64,000 nucleotides of DNA, from positions 25,030 through 89,029 of the forward strand of contig CBDHEC010000010.1 of the NCBI GenBank assembly GCA_965261975.1. The letters run 5' to 3'. The DNA is from Alphaproteobacteria bacterium (GTDB lineage: Bacteria > Pseudomonadota > Alphaproteobacteria > UBA6615). How positions within the stretch are numbered: position 1 is the first letter of the stretch; the number at the start of each line of letters is the position of its first letter. Positions 50,559 to 60,231 of this stretch are shown piece after piece. The translations under genes and the position numbers were made by a program. The notes under the pieces are model-generated. The model was given only the letters and a program-made list of their open reading frames with translations. It was not told the DNA's origin and did not search any database.

Positions 50559-51323
50559 TCACACAGCGCGGGTCGTCGCATCGAACATCAGGCCTTGCGC
50601 ATCCTCGATGACGGCCCGGGTCGCCGGCGTGTACGCGCCGTCGGGCGCGTGCAAGACCAGCCCGGGGCACAGCGCGGTCGGCGTCCGCACGCCCACTCGC
50701 GCGGTGATGATGACGCGTTTCGCCGGGGCATTCGCATGCGGCCAGACCGGCAGCACCCTTATCTCGCCGGCAATTTCCGCGAACCCGGCGAGCAATTCCT
50801 CGAGCCGGTCGGCACGGTGGACAATCGTCAGCCGCCCCTTTGGCCGGCAGCAGGCGGCCATGAATGCAAGCCAGTCGGTGAAGGGTACGGACTCGATCGT
50901 CGCCGCCCCCACCGCATCGTCGACCGTGCGCATATCCGCGCGCTGCGGGGGCATGTAAGGCGGGTTCGAAAACACGTGATCGAACGAACCGCGCAAATGG
51001 CCCGGCGCGCCGTCGGCGACATCCATCACCTCGGCCACAACCCGGCCATCGAAATTGTTCGCCGATATATTCTCAGCCAGGCAGTCGGCCATCGCCGCGT
51101 CCCGATCGATCCCGAGGACCTCCGCATGGTGCAGTCGCGATGCGAGACATAGCGTCGCACCGCCCGCGCCGCAGCCGACATCGAGCGCGCGCTGTCCGGG
51201 CTCGAGGGTCACGGCAGCGGCGAGCAGGACGGCGTCAACCGAGACCCTGAATCCCGAGCCGGGCTGTCGTACTTCGACACGGCCGCCCAACAATCTGTCT
51301 GTAGTGTTCGCGATCGACGTCAC
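50559..51323 (-). CDS. tRNA1(Val) A37 N6-methyltransferase (TrmN6/YfiC-like)
   Basis: DAVLLAA, DVGCGAG, SNPPY. Confidence 0.88.
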   Translation of the reverse strand: MTSIANTTDRLLGGRVEVRQPGSGFRVSVDAVLLAAAVTLEPGQRALDVGCGAGGATLCLASRLHHAEVLGIDRDAAMADCLAENISANNFDGRVVAEVMDVADGAPGHLRGSFDHVFSNPPYMPPQRADMRTVDDAVGAATIESVPFTDWLAFMAACCRPKGRLTIVHRADRLEELLAGFAEIAGEIRVLPVWPHANAPAKRVIITARVGVRTPTALCPGLVLHAPDGAYTPATRAVIEDAQGLMFDATTRAV

Positions 51324-51568
51324 CCCGATACGCCTCGCGGCCTGTCGTCGGATTGCCGGGAATCAAGGAGTTCCGCACCCACGAGCAACTCCCGCGCCAT
51401 ACCATAGTCTTCATCCAGCACCATCATGCGTTTCTGGATCGCCGATATGCTGCCCTCGATGATGGCCGAATGGGTGTCGAACATGACGCACTCGATGTCG
51501 GCATCCTTCAGCAGAGCCATCGCCAGAGACAGCACCACATGGTCATTCGTCCTCAGCAATTCGCGCAA
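51320..51568 (-). CDS. DUF2007 domain protein
   Basis: RELLRTNDHVVLS...IIEGSI; TTG start; divergent from ispB. Confidence 0.85.
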   Translation of the reverse strand: MRELLRTNDHVVLSLAMALLKDADIECVMFDTHSAIIEGSISAIQKRMMVLDEDYGMARELLVGAELLDSRQSDDRPRGVSG

Positions 51569-51724
51569 TCTTCGCTCCGTCACACGGGTGTGAATTGGCG
51601 GGGCCCTTACTTGACCCCCATTTGAAACATCATATGCTCGCCGAACGCCGCTGGCGTGAACATTCTGTGCCCCGCCATCCCGGGTGCGGAGTGTCATCCG
51701 GCAAACAGAACTGGAGTAAGTATC

Positions 51725-52747
51725 GTGGCCGTTGTTGCCCGTCTGGAGGGTTCCCCGTCGAAAGGAACACCGAACGCGCTCGATAATCTGCGCGATCTTT
51801 GCGCTGCGGATTTCGCACGGGTGAACCAGATCATTGTCGATCATATGCAATCCGATGTGCCACTGATCCCCGAGCTGGCCAGCCATCTCGTTGCCGCGGG
51901 CGGCAAGCGGCTGCGCCCGCTCCTGACCCTGGCCAGCGCGCGGCTGTGCGGCTACGACGGGGACAAGCATATCGGCCTCGCGGCCGCGGTCGAATTCATC
52001 CACACCGCAACGCTCCTGCATGACGATGTGGTCGATGAATCCGACCTCCGGCGCGGGCGCGACACGGCCAACGCCGTGTGGGGCAACCAGGCCAGCGTGC
52101 TGGTCGGCGACTTCCTGTTCAGCCGGTCCTTCCGGCTCATGGTCGAAAGCGAATCCCTCAAGGTGCTCGACATTCTGGCCAACGCCAGCGCGGTGATCGC
52201 CGAGGGCGAGGTCGCACAGCTCACGACCGCCAACGACACGGCGACCACGGAGGAAGACTACCTCTACGTCATCCGATCGAAGACGGCCGCCCTGTTCGCG
52301 GCGGCCTGCCAGGTCGGCGGCCATATCGCGGACCGCAACCCCGAAGACGAAACCGCGCTCGAGCAATATGGCGCCAATCTCGGGATCGCCTTCCAGCTGG
52401 TCGACGATTATCTCGATTATTCCGCGACCGACCGGGCGTTTGGAAAAGGGGTCGGCGACGATTTCCGCGAGGGCAAGATCACCTTGCCGATCGTCCTGGC
52501 GCTGCGGCGCGGCAATGATGAAGAGCAGAAATTCTGGAAGCGCACCCTCGAAGAGCTGGACCAGAAGGAAGGCGATCTGGAACGGGCCGGGGAAATTCTC
52601 ACCGCCCATGATGCCCTGTCGGACACGCTGATTCGCGCCCGGGGCTATGCGGACACCGCGCGCGCCGCACTCGCGACGCTGCCCGACAACGCGCACCGCA
52701 CCGCGCTGGAAGACGTGGTCGATTTCTGCGTCGATCGCGCCTACTAG
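51725..52747 (+). CDS. ispB: Polyprenyl diphosphate synthase
   Basis: GGKRLRP, LLHDDVVD..RRG, FQLVDD. Confidence 0.94.
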   Translation: MAVVARLEGSPSKGTPNALDNLRDLCAADFARVNQIIVDHMQSDVPLIPELASHLVAAGGKRLRPLLTLASARLCGYDGDKHIGLAAAVEFIHTATLLHDDVVDESDLRRGRDTANAVWGNQASVLVGDFLFSRSFRLMVESESLKVLDILANASAVIAEGEVAQLTTANDTATTEEDYLYVIRSKTAALFAAACQVGGHIADRNPEDETALEQYGANLGIAFQLVDDYLDYSATDRAFGKGVGDDFREGKITLPIVLALRRGNDEEQKFWKRTLEELDQKEGDLERAGEILTAHDALSDTLIRARGYADTARAALATLPDNAHRTALEDVVDFCVDRAY

Positions 52748-52753
52748 CTCGGG

Positions 52754-53665
52754 TCAGCTTAACGCGGCCTGACGCTCGGGGAGCGTCAGAAACCCCAGCA
52801 GCACATGAAAGAAACGATGGCGGTTCACGCCAAGCGTGCCGACATGCGCCTGATCGGGCAGCACGACCATCTGCTTGTCGTCAGACCGCAGGGCCCCGAA
52901 GAATGCGACGATATCATCTTCCGTGGCGATGCCGTCATGCTCGCCGCGCAGGATGAGCACCGGGCATTCGATCAGGTCGGGATCGACAACCGGAAGGTTG
53001 GCACACATGTCCAGATAGGTGCCGGTCGGCATGGTCGTGCCGTATTCCAGCTCGGCGTCGGCGAACGCATCCGCCACGCCCTCCTCGACCAGCCCGACCC
53101 AGTCGCGGTTGAAAATCGAGTGAAAGAAGGCCCGATCGACGTCGCGGGTGGGGTGCGTCCGGAAGTGATCGAGATTCTCCCGCCGCTTCTCCAGGGTTGG
53201 TGAACCCTCGCCGGTCCACACGAACGCATCGAGCGTCAGCGAACGCACATTCCCCGGTTGGCGGGTCGCGAACAGGCCGGCCCGCAGGGCACCCGACGAA
53301 CTGCCGAAAAAATGGAACTGCTTCTGGCCCGTCTCCGCCTCGACGATCGACATCGCGGCGGCCAGGTCATCCGCCCCGCTCGCGATATCGGAGTTGCTGT
53401 CGGTGCGGTCGGAGCGGCCATAATTCTCATGGTCCATCGTCCAGACATCGAAGCCCCGTGCTGCAAACCAGTCCATCATGGAGAAGCCCGGCTTCCCGGG
53501 AACCTCGAGGTCGAACCCCGTTCGCGCGCATAGTGACGAGCCATGCACCAGGAACAGCACCGGCGCGTCAGCCGGCGCGCCGGCCTGTCGTTTGCGGAAG
53601 ACAAACAGCCGCACGTCGCTCTTCTGCGCCCAGTATTCCTGTTGCTCGATCCGGCTTTCGTTCAT
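52754..53665 (-). CDS. Alpha/beta hydrolase
   Basis: LVHGSS, DHENYG, GSSSG, GEHD, C-terminal His. Confidence 0.85.
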   Translation of the reverse strand: MNESRIEQQEYWAQKSDVRLFVFRKRQAGAPADAPVLFLVHGSSLCARTGFDLEVPGKPGFSMMDWFAARGFDVWTMDHENYGRSDRTDSNSDIASGADDLAAAMSIVEAETGQKQFHFFGSSSGALRAGLFATRQPGNVRSLTLDAFVWTGEGSPTLEKRRENLDHFRTHPTRDVDRAFFHSIFNRDWVGLVEEGVADAFADAELEYGTTMPTGTYLDMCANLPVVDPDLIECPVLILRGEHDGIATEDDIVAFFGALRSDDKQMVVLPDQAHVGTLGVNRHRFFHVLLGFLTLPERQAALS

Positions 53666-53681
53666 CGCATGTCTCGACTTT

Positions 53682-55106
53682 CTAAAGATAAGGCGAGAAC
53701 AATCTTGCCACGCCATCGCGCAGCCGCACAGCCAAGGAACGCGCCTGGATATCTTCGACTGTCAGGCGGCGGGCCTCGCCTCGTTCCGCCGCGAAGGCGT
53801 TCGACAATTCGTCCACGAAAGCCGCGTTGCAGCATTCGACATTCAGCTCGAAATTCAGCCGCAGGCTCCGGGGATCCCAGTTCGACGACCCGATGAGGGC
53901 CCACTCCCGATCCACCATGAACAGCTTGGCGTGATTGAAGGGCCGGGTTCCCAGCCAGATATTGCAACCGTCATGCAGGAGTTCATCGAGGCGCGCGCGG
54001 ACCGCCCAATCGACAAACCGGAGATTGCTGCGGGCGGGAATCAGGATGTCGATTTTCACACCCTTGATCGATGCGATGCGCAATGCCGAGACGAGGATCT
54101 CATCGGGCAAAAAATACGGTGTCTGGATAAGAATCCGCTCTCGCGCCTCGAGGATCGCGGCATGGAGAATCCATCTCGTCCGATCGATCGGCTCGTGCGG
54201 GCCGGTCGGGATCGCGCGGGCGACGACGTCGCCCCGCGAGGCGAGCGCGGGAAACCAGCGCTCACCTTCCAGGGCCTCGCCGGTCGTGAAGGTCCAGTCA
54301 TCGGCAAATGCGTCCGACAACTGGCCGACCACGGGACCGGTTATTCGAAAATGAAGGTCACGCACCGCACGCCGGGGGGTCTCGTCCAGCCGGTTGTTCT
54401 GGGAGATGTTGATGCCCCCGGTGAAGCCGGTCTCGCCATCCACCACCAGAATTTTCCGGTGGCTGCGCAGGTTGAGGTAGGGCATGCGCCAGGGCCAGAA
54501 CGAATGCATGTATCGCGCGAAAGGTATTTCGGCGCGACGCAGGGCCGCGATGATCGAGGGAAACGAATACATCTGGCCGACCCCGTCGACCAGGACCCGC
54601 ACCTCGACACCCCGCGCCCGGGCACGGTCAAGCGCCGCGACGAAGTCCAGCCCGGCGGTATCACGCTTGAAAATATAGGTCGACAGCATGACCGACCGGG
54701 TCGCGGCGTCGATCGCCCCGATCATCGCGGGATAGACTTCGTCCCCGTTGCGCAGCAGCTCGACCCGGTTGCCGTCGACTGCCCGGTTCGGCGCAAGATT
54801 GTTGATCAGCCGGTCAATGGCCGTTTCCGCGCCCGCCCGGCCGCCATTCGTATCGGTGTCACCTGCGCCGACGGTGCTGCTCGACGGCGGCCGGGTCCGC
54901 ATGGCGCGGCGGCGGATGCGGTTGATCCCGAACAGCAGATAGGCGACCGAGCCGATACCGGGTGACAGCAGAATGAGGCCGACCCAGGCGATCGCCGCGT
55001 TCTCGTTGCGCTTGTAGAGGATCACGGTGGCGGCCAGCACGATCGGAATGACACCGACAACCAGGGTCGTCGCAAACGGCCAGTAGAACGCCAACAGTTC
55101 CAGCAT
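53682..55106 (-). CDS. cls: Cardiolipin synthase
   Basis: Two HKD motifs (HRKILVVD, HAKLFMVD) and two N-terminal TMs. Confidence 0.93.
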   Translation of the reverse strand: MLELLAFYWPFATTLVVGVIPIVLAATVILYKRNENAAIAWVGLILLSPGIGSVAYLLFGINRIRRRAMRTRPPSSSTVGAGDTDTNGGRAGAETAIDRLINNLAPNRAVDGNRVELLRNGDEVYPAMIGAIDAATRSVMLSTYIFKRDTAGLDFVAALDRARARGVEVRVLVDGVGQMYSFPSIIAALRRAEIPFARYMHSFWPWRMPYLNLRSHRKILVVDGETGFTGGINISQNNRLDETPRRAVRDLHFRITGPVVGQLSDAFADDWTFTTGEALEGERWFPALASRGDVVARAIPTGPHEPIDRTRWILHAAILEARERILIQTPYFLPDEILVSALRIASIKGVKIDILIPARSNLRFVDWAVRARLDELLHDGCNIWLGTRPFNHAKLFMVDREWALIGSSNWDPRSLRLNFELNVECCNAAFVDELSNAFAAERGEARRLTVEDIQARSLAVRLRDGVARLFSPYL

Positions 55107-55209
55107 CGGTCCTTAAATTCCCGGAGCCCGGAGCTCACCTGTTTCGCGGGATGTGCAGACTGACGGTGCCGACCTGATGTTTCAAGTCCGCCCGGAAACC
55201 TCCGGGCAT

Positions 55210-55671
55210 TCAATCCGGCGGCCCGCCCTCAATCGGCGTGCGGTCTCCGTTAGCGGCGGGGCGGCGAGACGGGCTGACCACGGCGAAGATCGCATCCGCC
55301 GTCTGGCCGACCTGCTGCACGCGCGCGCGCAAATCACCCAGCTCAAGCTGCACGACATGAATCTCTTCCCGCAGCGCGTCCACCCGGTTCCACAACCGGT
55401 CTCTTTGTTCCAGCTGGAAACGGGCCGAACCGTCGATCTCCTGCGCCAGCTCGCTGGCCTGCTGCGCCACGTCGCCCCGCACCAGCCGGACCTCGTCAAA
55501 CATGAACCACCACCCGCTCACCGCGATGGCCGCGAGCGTCGCCAGGACCTTGGCAAAAACCCGCACCGTCACCGGCTGGTCCACCAGGCGCAGCGCCCCG
55601 CCGGATGCCCCGTCCGATGATCCATCCGATGCCCCGCCGCCACCCGCATTTCGTCGCTGTCCATTGTCCAT
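55210..55671 (-). CDS. Hypothetical single-TM coiled-coil protein, possibly phage-derived
   Basis: GGAGG RBS, Gly-rich N-terminus, TM (VFAKVLATLAAIAVSGWWFMF), long coiled coil. Confidence 0.65.
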   Translation of the reverse strand: MDNGQRRNAGGGGASDGSSDGASGGALRLVDQPVTVRVFAKVLATLAAIAVSGWWFMFDEVRLVRGDVAQQASELAQEIDGSARFQLEQRDRLWNRVDALREEIHVVQLELGDLRARVQQVGQTADAIFAVVSPSRRPAANGDRTPIEGGPPD

Positions 55672-55684
55672 ATGCGCGTCCTCC

Positions 55685-55717
55685 ACAAACGAAAACGGCC
55701 CCGCCGAGCGGGGCCGT
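55685..55717 (-). terminator. Intrinsic terminator directly before the RBS of the 55210-55671 gene
   Basis: Sense strand ACGGCCCCGC-TCG-GCGGGGCCGT then TTTCGTTTGT then GGAGG. Confidence 0.75.
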
Positions 55718-55738
55718 CCGTTCTCGATACTCGATCGC

Positions 55739-56437
55739 TTAATCGATGGCGAAGACGACCGAGACCTGCGCCCGCACCGTCAGCTCACCGGCCGCCACGG
55801 GCACACCTTCCGCGGCCGCCCGCGCCAGGAACTGGCGCGGTGCCGGCCCCACGCCGCCAGCGTTGATCGTCAGGATATCGCCTAGTTCGATACCTGCCGC
55901 ATCGGCGATGTTGCGCGCATTCGCCACCGCATCGCGCACGGCATTGGCCATGGCCTTCTTCTCCAGCCCGTCGCGCTCCGCGACATCGAACCTGATCCCA
56001 TGCACCTGGTTCGCGCCGGCATCGACGACCCCATCGAGGACCACCCCGAAGCCCGCGAGGTCACGCACGGTGATGTGCACATTGTTGCGCACCGTGTAGC
56101 CGATGATCTCGGGCTGCACGGGCTCGTTGTTTCGCCGCGGCCTGAATTGCGGCGAGACCGATATGTTCGTCGACTGCATGTCTCGCGCGGCCACGCCCGA
56201 GGCGCGCAGGAAATCGAACACGCCGGCCGTCTTCGTATTGTTGGCCGTCAGCGCATCGCGTGCGGTCGGCGCCGTCGTCGTCACCCCAACCGTGATGGAA
56301 ACCAGGTCCGGCGTCGCGGCGACTGTGCCGCTGCCGGAAATCGACAGGGTTCGCGGCAACGACGAATCTTCATCGGCCAGGGCTGGGCCTGTCCCGAGAA
56401 TGGACAACAGCAGCACGAACGAAAGCAACAAACGCAT
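55739..56437 (-). CDS. SIMPL (DUF541) domain protein
   Basis: Signal peptide, SGSGTVAATPD, GANQVHGIRF, VAAGELTV. Confidence 0.92.
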   Translation of the reverse strand: MRLLLSFVLLLSILGTGPALADEDSSLPRTLSISGSGTVAATPDLVSITVGVTTTAPTARDALTANNTKTAGVFDFLRASGVAARDMQSTNISVSPQFRPRRNNEPVQPEIIGYTVRNNVHITVRDLAGFGVVLDGVVDAGANQVHGIRFDVAERDGLEKKAMANAVRDAVANARNIADAAGIELGDILTINAGGVGPAPRQFLARAAAEGVPVAAGELTVRAQVSVVFAID

Positions 56438-56530
56438 GATCAAATCTCCTGACGGCCTGATTGAAAGGCGAGAGTGCCGATCAATTTTGGCGAAGCTGTG
56501 GCCGATCATGGGGATATTCGGCGACGATTG

Positions 56531-57169
56531 CTATTCGCCGAACCCCTCGATGTCATCCCCATAGGCGGCGTGGGCGAGATCGGATCGCCGGGCGACCGCC
56601 TGGCGATGTTCGGAATGGGCACGATCGAGCAACGCTGCGCGGAATTCGGGGTCGGACTCCAGGGCCGACAATTGCGCGCGCGCCTCCGCCGCCGAATGCC
56701 CGATGCGCGCTGCTTTGCCGCCGATGAACGCATCTTCACCCATCGCGCCGCCCAGCTTTGCAAATGCGCGCACCATATCCGGGTGATCGCCCAGATACTG
56801 GCCGTCGGCTAGACGCAGCTGGCGCACATCGTCCACACGGTCGCCGAAGGCCGCCACAAACGCCCGGTTGGCCAGGTCGATTCGGGCATCGAATTCCCCG
56901 CCCCATTCCCGGCGCAACCCGGTCTCTGCCGCATCAAGTGCACGTTCCCGCGCGGCGTTCGTATCCTGCCAGGCCGCCCCCTGCAGCTCGACATAACCTT
57001 CGAGCAGGGATCGTGCCTGCTCGTCCGTCAGGTCCGACGCGTGCATCCGGTCGAGCATCTGTGCCTGGAGCTCCTCGTCCCACGGCATTCCGTCCGGCCG
57101 TGCCAGCCCGTCCACATCATATCCGTCCGGTGTCTCCTGTTCTGGGCGAAGGAAATTGAACTGAGGCAT
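56531..57169 (-). CDS. Phage capsid scaffolding/assembly protein (podovirus-type)
   Basis: P..PDGY, LTDEQA, LRREWG..FD, LGDHP..VRAFAKLG..MGED, C-terminal H.EH..AV motifs recalled from BPP-1/epsilon15-like scaffolds. Confidence 0.7.
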   Translation of the reverse strand: MPQFNFLRPEQETPDGYDVDGLARPDGMPWDEELQAQMLDRMHASDLTDEQARSLLEGYVELQGAAWQDTNAARERALDAAETGLRREWGGEFDARIDLANRAFVAAFGDRVDDVRQLRLADGQYLGDHPDMVRAFAKLGGAMGEDAFIGGKAARIGHSAAEARAQLSALESDPEFRAALLDRAHSEHRQAVARRSDLAHAAYGDDIEGFGE

Positions 57170-57203
57170 TGCCCGGATGCGGCGTCGGTGCTTGGATCGG
57201 GGC

Positions 57204-57671
57204 ATGTCGTTCTGGTCGAAAACCCTGGCGCTGCTGCAGCGCATTTTCTATCCGCTCACGCACACGCCCGATCACGCACTCCAGGCCCTGCGCAACGGCA
57301 CCTTCGCGGCGTGGATCATGGTCGCGATGCACTTCCTGCTCGGCGCGGTGATTCTGATCCAGCTCTCGGGCGACCCGAGCGTGACCGGCGGCGACCGGCT
57401 CATCCCGGCCACCATCCAGCTCTTCTTCGCGCTGATTTATGTCGGCCTCGCCACGGCCAACTGGAAGGGATCCCGCACGGCGGCGATCACGATCCTGGTC
57501 CTCGTGCTTTTCGACATGTTCGTCGTCACCTCGCGCGTCCACGAGGTCGACCTGCAGGCCACCCTCCAGCGCATCCAGGCCACCGTCCTGCTGGTGCCGC
57601 TCCTGCTGTCCATCGGCGGCGTGCGGGGCGTCTTTGCCTATGCCCGCTTCGTGAAGGCCGGCGCGGTCTGA
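57204..57671 (+). CDS. Hypothetical 4-TM membrane protein
   Basis: Four hydrophobic helices; host-like codon pattern. Confidence 0.7.
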   Translation: MSFWSKTLALLQRIFYPLTHTPDHALQALRNGTFAAWIMVAMHFLLGAVILIQLSGDPSVTGGDRLIPATIQLFFALIYVGLATANWKGSRTAAITILVLVLFDMFVVTSRVHEVDLQATLQRIQATVLLVPLLLSIGGVRGVFAYARFVKAGAV

Positions 57672-57756
57672 TGCGCACACCACATCCGGGATTCAGTTTC
57701 GCAGCGGTCACGCCCCGGCCGCCACAACCCACATCACCTCTTTCGGAGACCCCATC

Positions 57757-58182
57757 ATGAATGACCACCTCATCCCCCACGCCAAGCTCACCAACGCCGG
57801 CGCGCGCAAGATCATTCGTGGCGCCGCGGCCAAGGCCGAGGAAATCGGCGTGCCCGAATGCATCGCCGTGGTCGATGACGGGGGGCACCTGCTCGCCTTC
57901 ATGCGCATGGACGGCGCCTTTGCGCTTTCCAACGACACCGCCATCGCCAAGGCCATGACGTCGGCCATCTACCGCTGCCCGACCGGGGAGATCCCCGAGG
58001 GGCCGGACATCCGCCTCGCCGTCGCCACCCAGGGCAAGCGCATCAACCTGCCCGGCGGCCTGCCGATCATCATCGACGGCAAATGCGTCGGCGGCGTCGG
58101 GGTCGGCTCGGGCACCGGCGAGGAAGACCGCATCTGCGCCAACGCCGGGCTGGCCGGCTTCGAGGGCGCGGAGACGTTCTAG
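57757..58182 (+). CDS. GlcG/HbpS family heme-binding protein
   Basis: IAVVDDGGHL, AIAKA, GGLPI, GGVGVG, ED. Confidence 0.9.
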   Translation: MNDHLIPHAKLTNAGARKIIRGAAAKAEEIGVPECIAVVDDGGHLLAFMRMDGAFALSNDTAIAKAMTSAIYRCPTGEIPEGPDIRLAVATQGKRINLPGGLPIIIDGKCVGGVGVGSGTGEEDRICANAGLAGFEGAETF

Positions 58183-58212
58183 GGACGTCGGCGCGGTCGG
58201 CCTTCACTCCCT

Positions 58213-59712
58213 TCAGGTAAACGGGTCCCAGTCCATGCCCACCGTTGCCGGGTAATCCTGCGCCGGCCCCGGCGCGCGGTAGCCCACCGCGAACATCCGG
58301 AAGGCGTCGGCCCCGTGGGAGGCCGCATCGTGGTGGGGCCGGTCGCGCCACACACCGCGCGTGTCGTCCCAGGCCCGTCGATAGCCGTCCAGGTGCCGCA
58401 GCCCCGCATCGCAACGCGCGGCGTCAAACCAGCACCCCGCCAGCGCGTTGCGCACCGCCTGGATGTCCGTGCCCAGGTCCTTCGCGCGCGGCACGGTCAC
58501 GATCGGGCGCAGACCCAGGTCTTCCAGCATGCGCCGGCGCGACAGCCCGCTGCCCAGCTCGCGCACCTCCACGTCATGGGGCAGGTAATGGCAACCATAG
58601 GTGTAGGGCCGGTCGCGCAAGGCCTGCACGTAATGCGCCAGCCCCTCCCCTTCGTTTTCGTAATAGTCGATGAAGCGATCCTCGCGCCCCGCCCGCTGAT
58701 GAAACCAGATCGCGTTCACATCGTTGATGCCCAGGTCCCAGAAGGTGCTGACCGGTAGCGCCGGGTCATGGGGCAGGCTCAAAATCCGCCCCTCGGCGCG
58801 CACCCGCGCCATCTCGCGGGCGTAGTACGCCCCGGCCACCGAGGCCGCGAACGCCTCGTCCGGGGTGGCGGGAAACTCGCGGCACATGGCGTCCCCCTGC
58901 TGGGCGGCCTTGCGGACATACCAGGCCTTCTGCGTCGGGCTGAGGCGGATGCCTGCGCTGTCCAGCTCGGCGAAATACCGCGCCAGCTTCTCGGGGACCG
59001 TCACCCCCTCGGGGGCCAGCACATAGCCCGGGTGGCGCCACCAGGGGAAGAAGTGAAACCGGAAATCCAGCGCCGTCAGCGGCGCGCCCTCGGCGGCCCG
59101 GTTGCGGGCATTCGTACAGAACTCGAAGAAGTCGCCGTCCCGGCCCTCGGCCGTCGATTCGATGAAAATATGCTGGCCCGGATGCACGGTGTTCAGCGCC
59201 CCGGCGCGGATCTCCGCCGCCTTGTCCGGGTAGCGCGCGCAGATCTTCCCGTGTTCGGAGACATGCAGATACTGGAACGTGCCCGAGCGCAGGCTGGTCC
59301 CGACCCGCAGGCTCGACCCGTTGGCGAACGCCAGCTCGCGCGCCGAATCCCCGACCGCCGGGATGGCCCGGCGCAGCGCCCGGGGCAGCTGCTGATAGGG
59401 GTAGCGCACCTTCTCCCTGAAGATGGCCTCGGCGTCGTGGAGCGTGTGGGCCAGGGTCCCGGCGGTGATGTTCGAGTTGAACAGGCACGCATCGAGGATC
59501 AGCAGCTGGATGAAGGTGGTCATGCCCAGCTGGCGCGCCTTCAGCACCAGGTTGAGGGCATGCAGATCATCGAACAAGGCCGCCTGCGCCCAGTTCATGC
59601 GGAACTTCACCCGCCGGCCGTGGGCGTCCTTGATCCAGTAGAGATTGTTGAGCCGCCAGCGGCGGTCGGAGAAACATGCCCGTGCCGTTTCGCGATCGGG
59701 GTCTCCACTCAA
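58213..59712 (-). CDS. terL: Phage terminase large subunit
   Basis: Walker A LKARQLGMTT, Walker B YLHVSE, IESTAEG, nuclease WDLG and SHGADAFR; TTGA overlap with terS. Confidence 0.92.
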   Translation of the reverse strand: MSGDPDRETARACFSDRRWRLNNLYWIKDAHGRRVKFRMNWAQAALFDDLHALNLVLKARQLGMTTFIQLLILDACLFNSNITAGTLAHTLHDAEAIFREKVRYPYQQLPRALRRAIPAVGDSARELAFANGSSLRVGTSLRSGTFQYLHVSEHGKICARYPDKAAEIRAGALNTVHPGQHIFIESTAEGRDGDFFEFCTNARNRAAEGAPLTALDFRFHFFPWWRHPGYVLAPEGVTVPEKLARYFAELDSAGIRLSPTQKAWYVRKAAQQGDAMCREFPATPDEAFAASVAGAYYAREMARVRAEGRILSLPHDPALPVSTFWDLGINDVNAIWFHQRAGREDRFIDYYENEGEGLAHYVQALRDRPYTYGCHYLPHDVEVRELGSGLSRRRMLEDLGLRPIVTVPRAKDLGTDIQAVRNALAGCWFDAARCDAGLRHLDGYRRAWDDTRGVWRDRPHHDAASHGADAFRMFAVGYRAPGPAQDYPATVGMDWDPFT

Positions 59713-60167
59713 TGCGACCGTTCCCTAACATGCGGGTTATCGCCGCCATCGATCTCGCGCAGAAGACTGCGCAGATCATCGCCGGCCTCTCTTCCGCTGC
59801 CGTCCCCATACAGGCGCGGGCGGCGCGCGCGCAGCAACAGCATCAGCATCCGGTCGGAGTATTTCCGGATCGCACCGACTTTCTGGCCCTGAAAATAGAC
59901 CGGTTCCTCATGCCCGGTGACCGCCCGGCGGATCGCCTCGTCCTCGACCGCGTCGATACCGATCTCCAGCGCCTCGTCCCAGGCCTCGGCGAACAGCGGG
60001 TCGGATTTCCGCAGCCGATACCACTTACCCCGATACACGCCCGTCGCCTGCGACGCGGCGGTGACGCTGGCCGTCTCGGCCAACATCTCGAGAAACGCCT
60101 CGCGGCGGGCCTTGTTGAGCCGGGTCGAACCATGGGGCCGGCGGCGGGGTTTCGCGTCCTGCGCCAT
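59709..60167 (-). CDS. terS: Phage terminase small subunit (HTH)
   Basis: FLEMLAETASVTAAS..GV..WY..R..DP.FAEAWDEAL; EAIRRA; YSDRMLMLLL; GGAGG RBS; coupled to terL. Confidence 0.85.
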   Translation of the reverse strand: MAQDAKPRRRPHGSTRLNKARREAFLEMLAETASVTAASQATGVYRGKWYRLRKSDPLFAEAWDEALEIGIDAVEDEAIRRAVTGHEEPVYFQGQKVGAIRKYSDRMLMLLLRARRPRLYGDGSGREAGDDLRSLLREIDGGDNPHVRERSH

Positions 60168-60199
60168 ACCGCCGCCTCCGTTCGCTCGCAATGTTTGCC

Positions 60200-60231
60200 A
60201 AAGCAAAACCCGCCGGAGGGACCCCGGCGGG
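60200..60231 (-). terminator. Intrinsic terminator inside the terS 5' leader
   Basis: Sense strand CCCGCCGG-GGTCCCT-CCGGCGGG-TTTTGCTTT, ending about 32 nt before the terS ATG. Confidence 0.75.
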
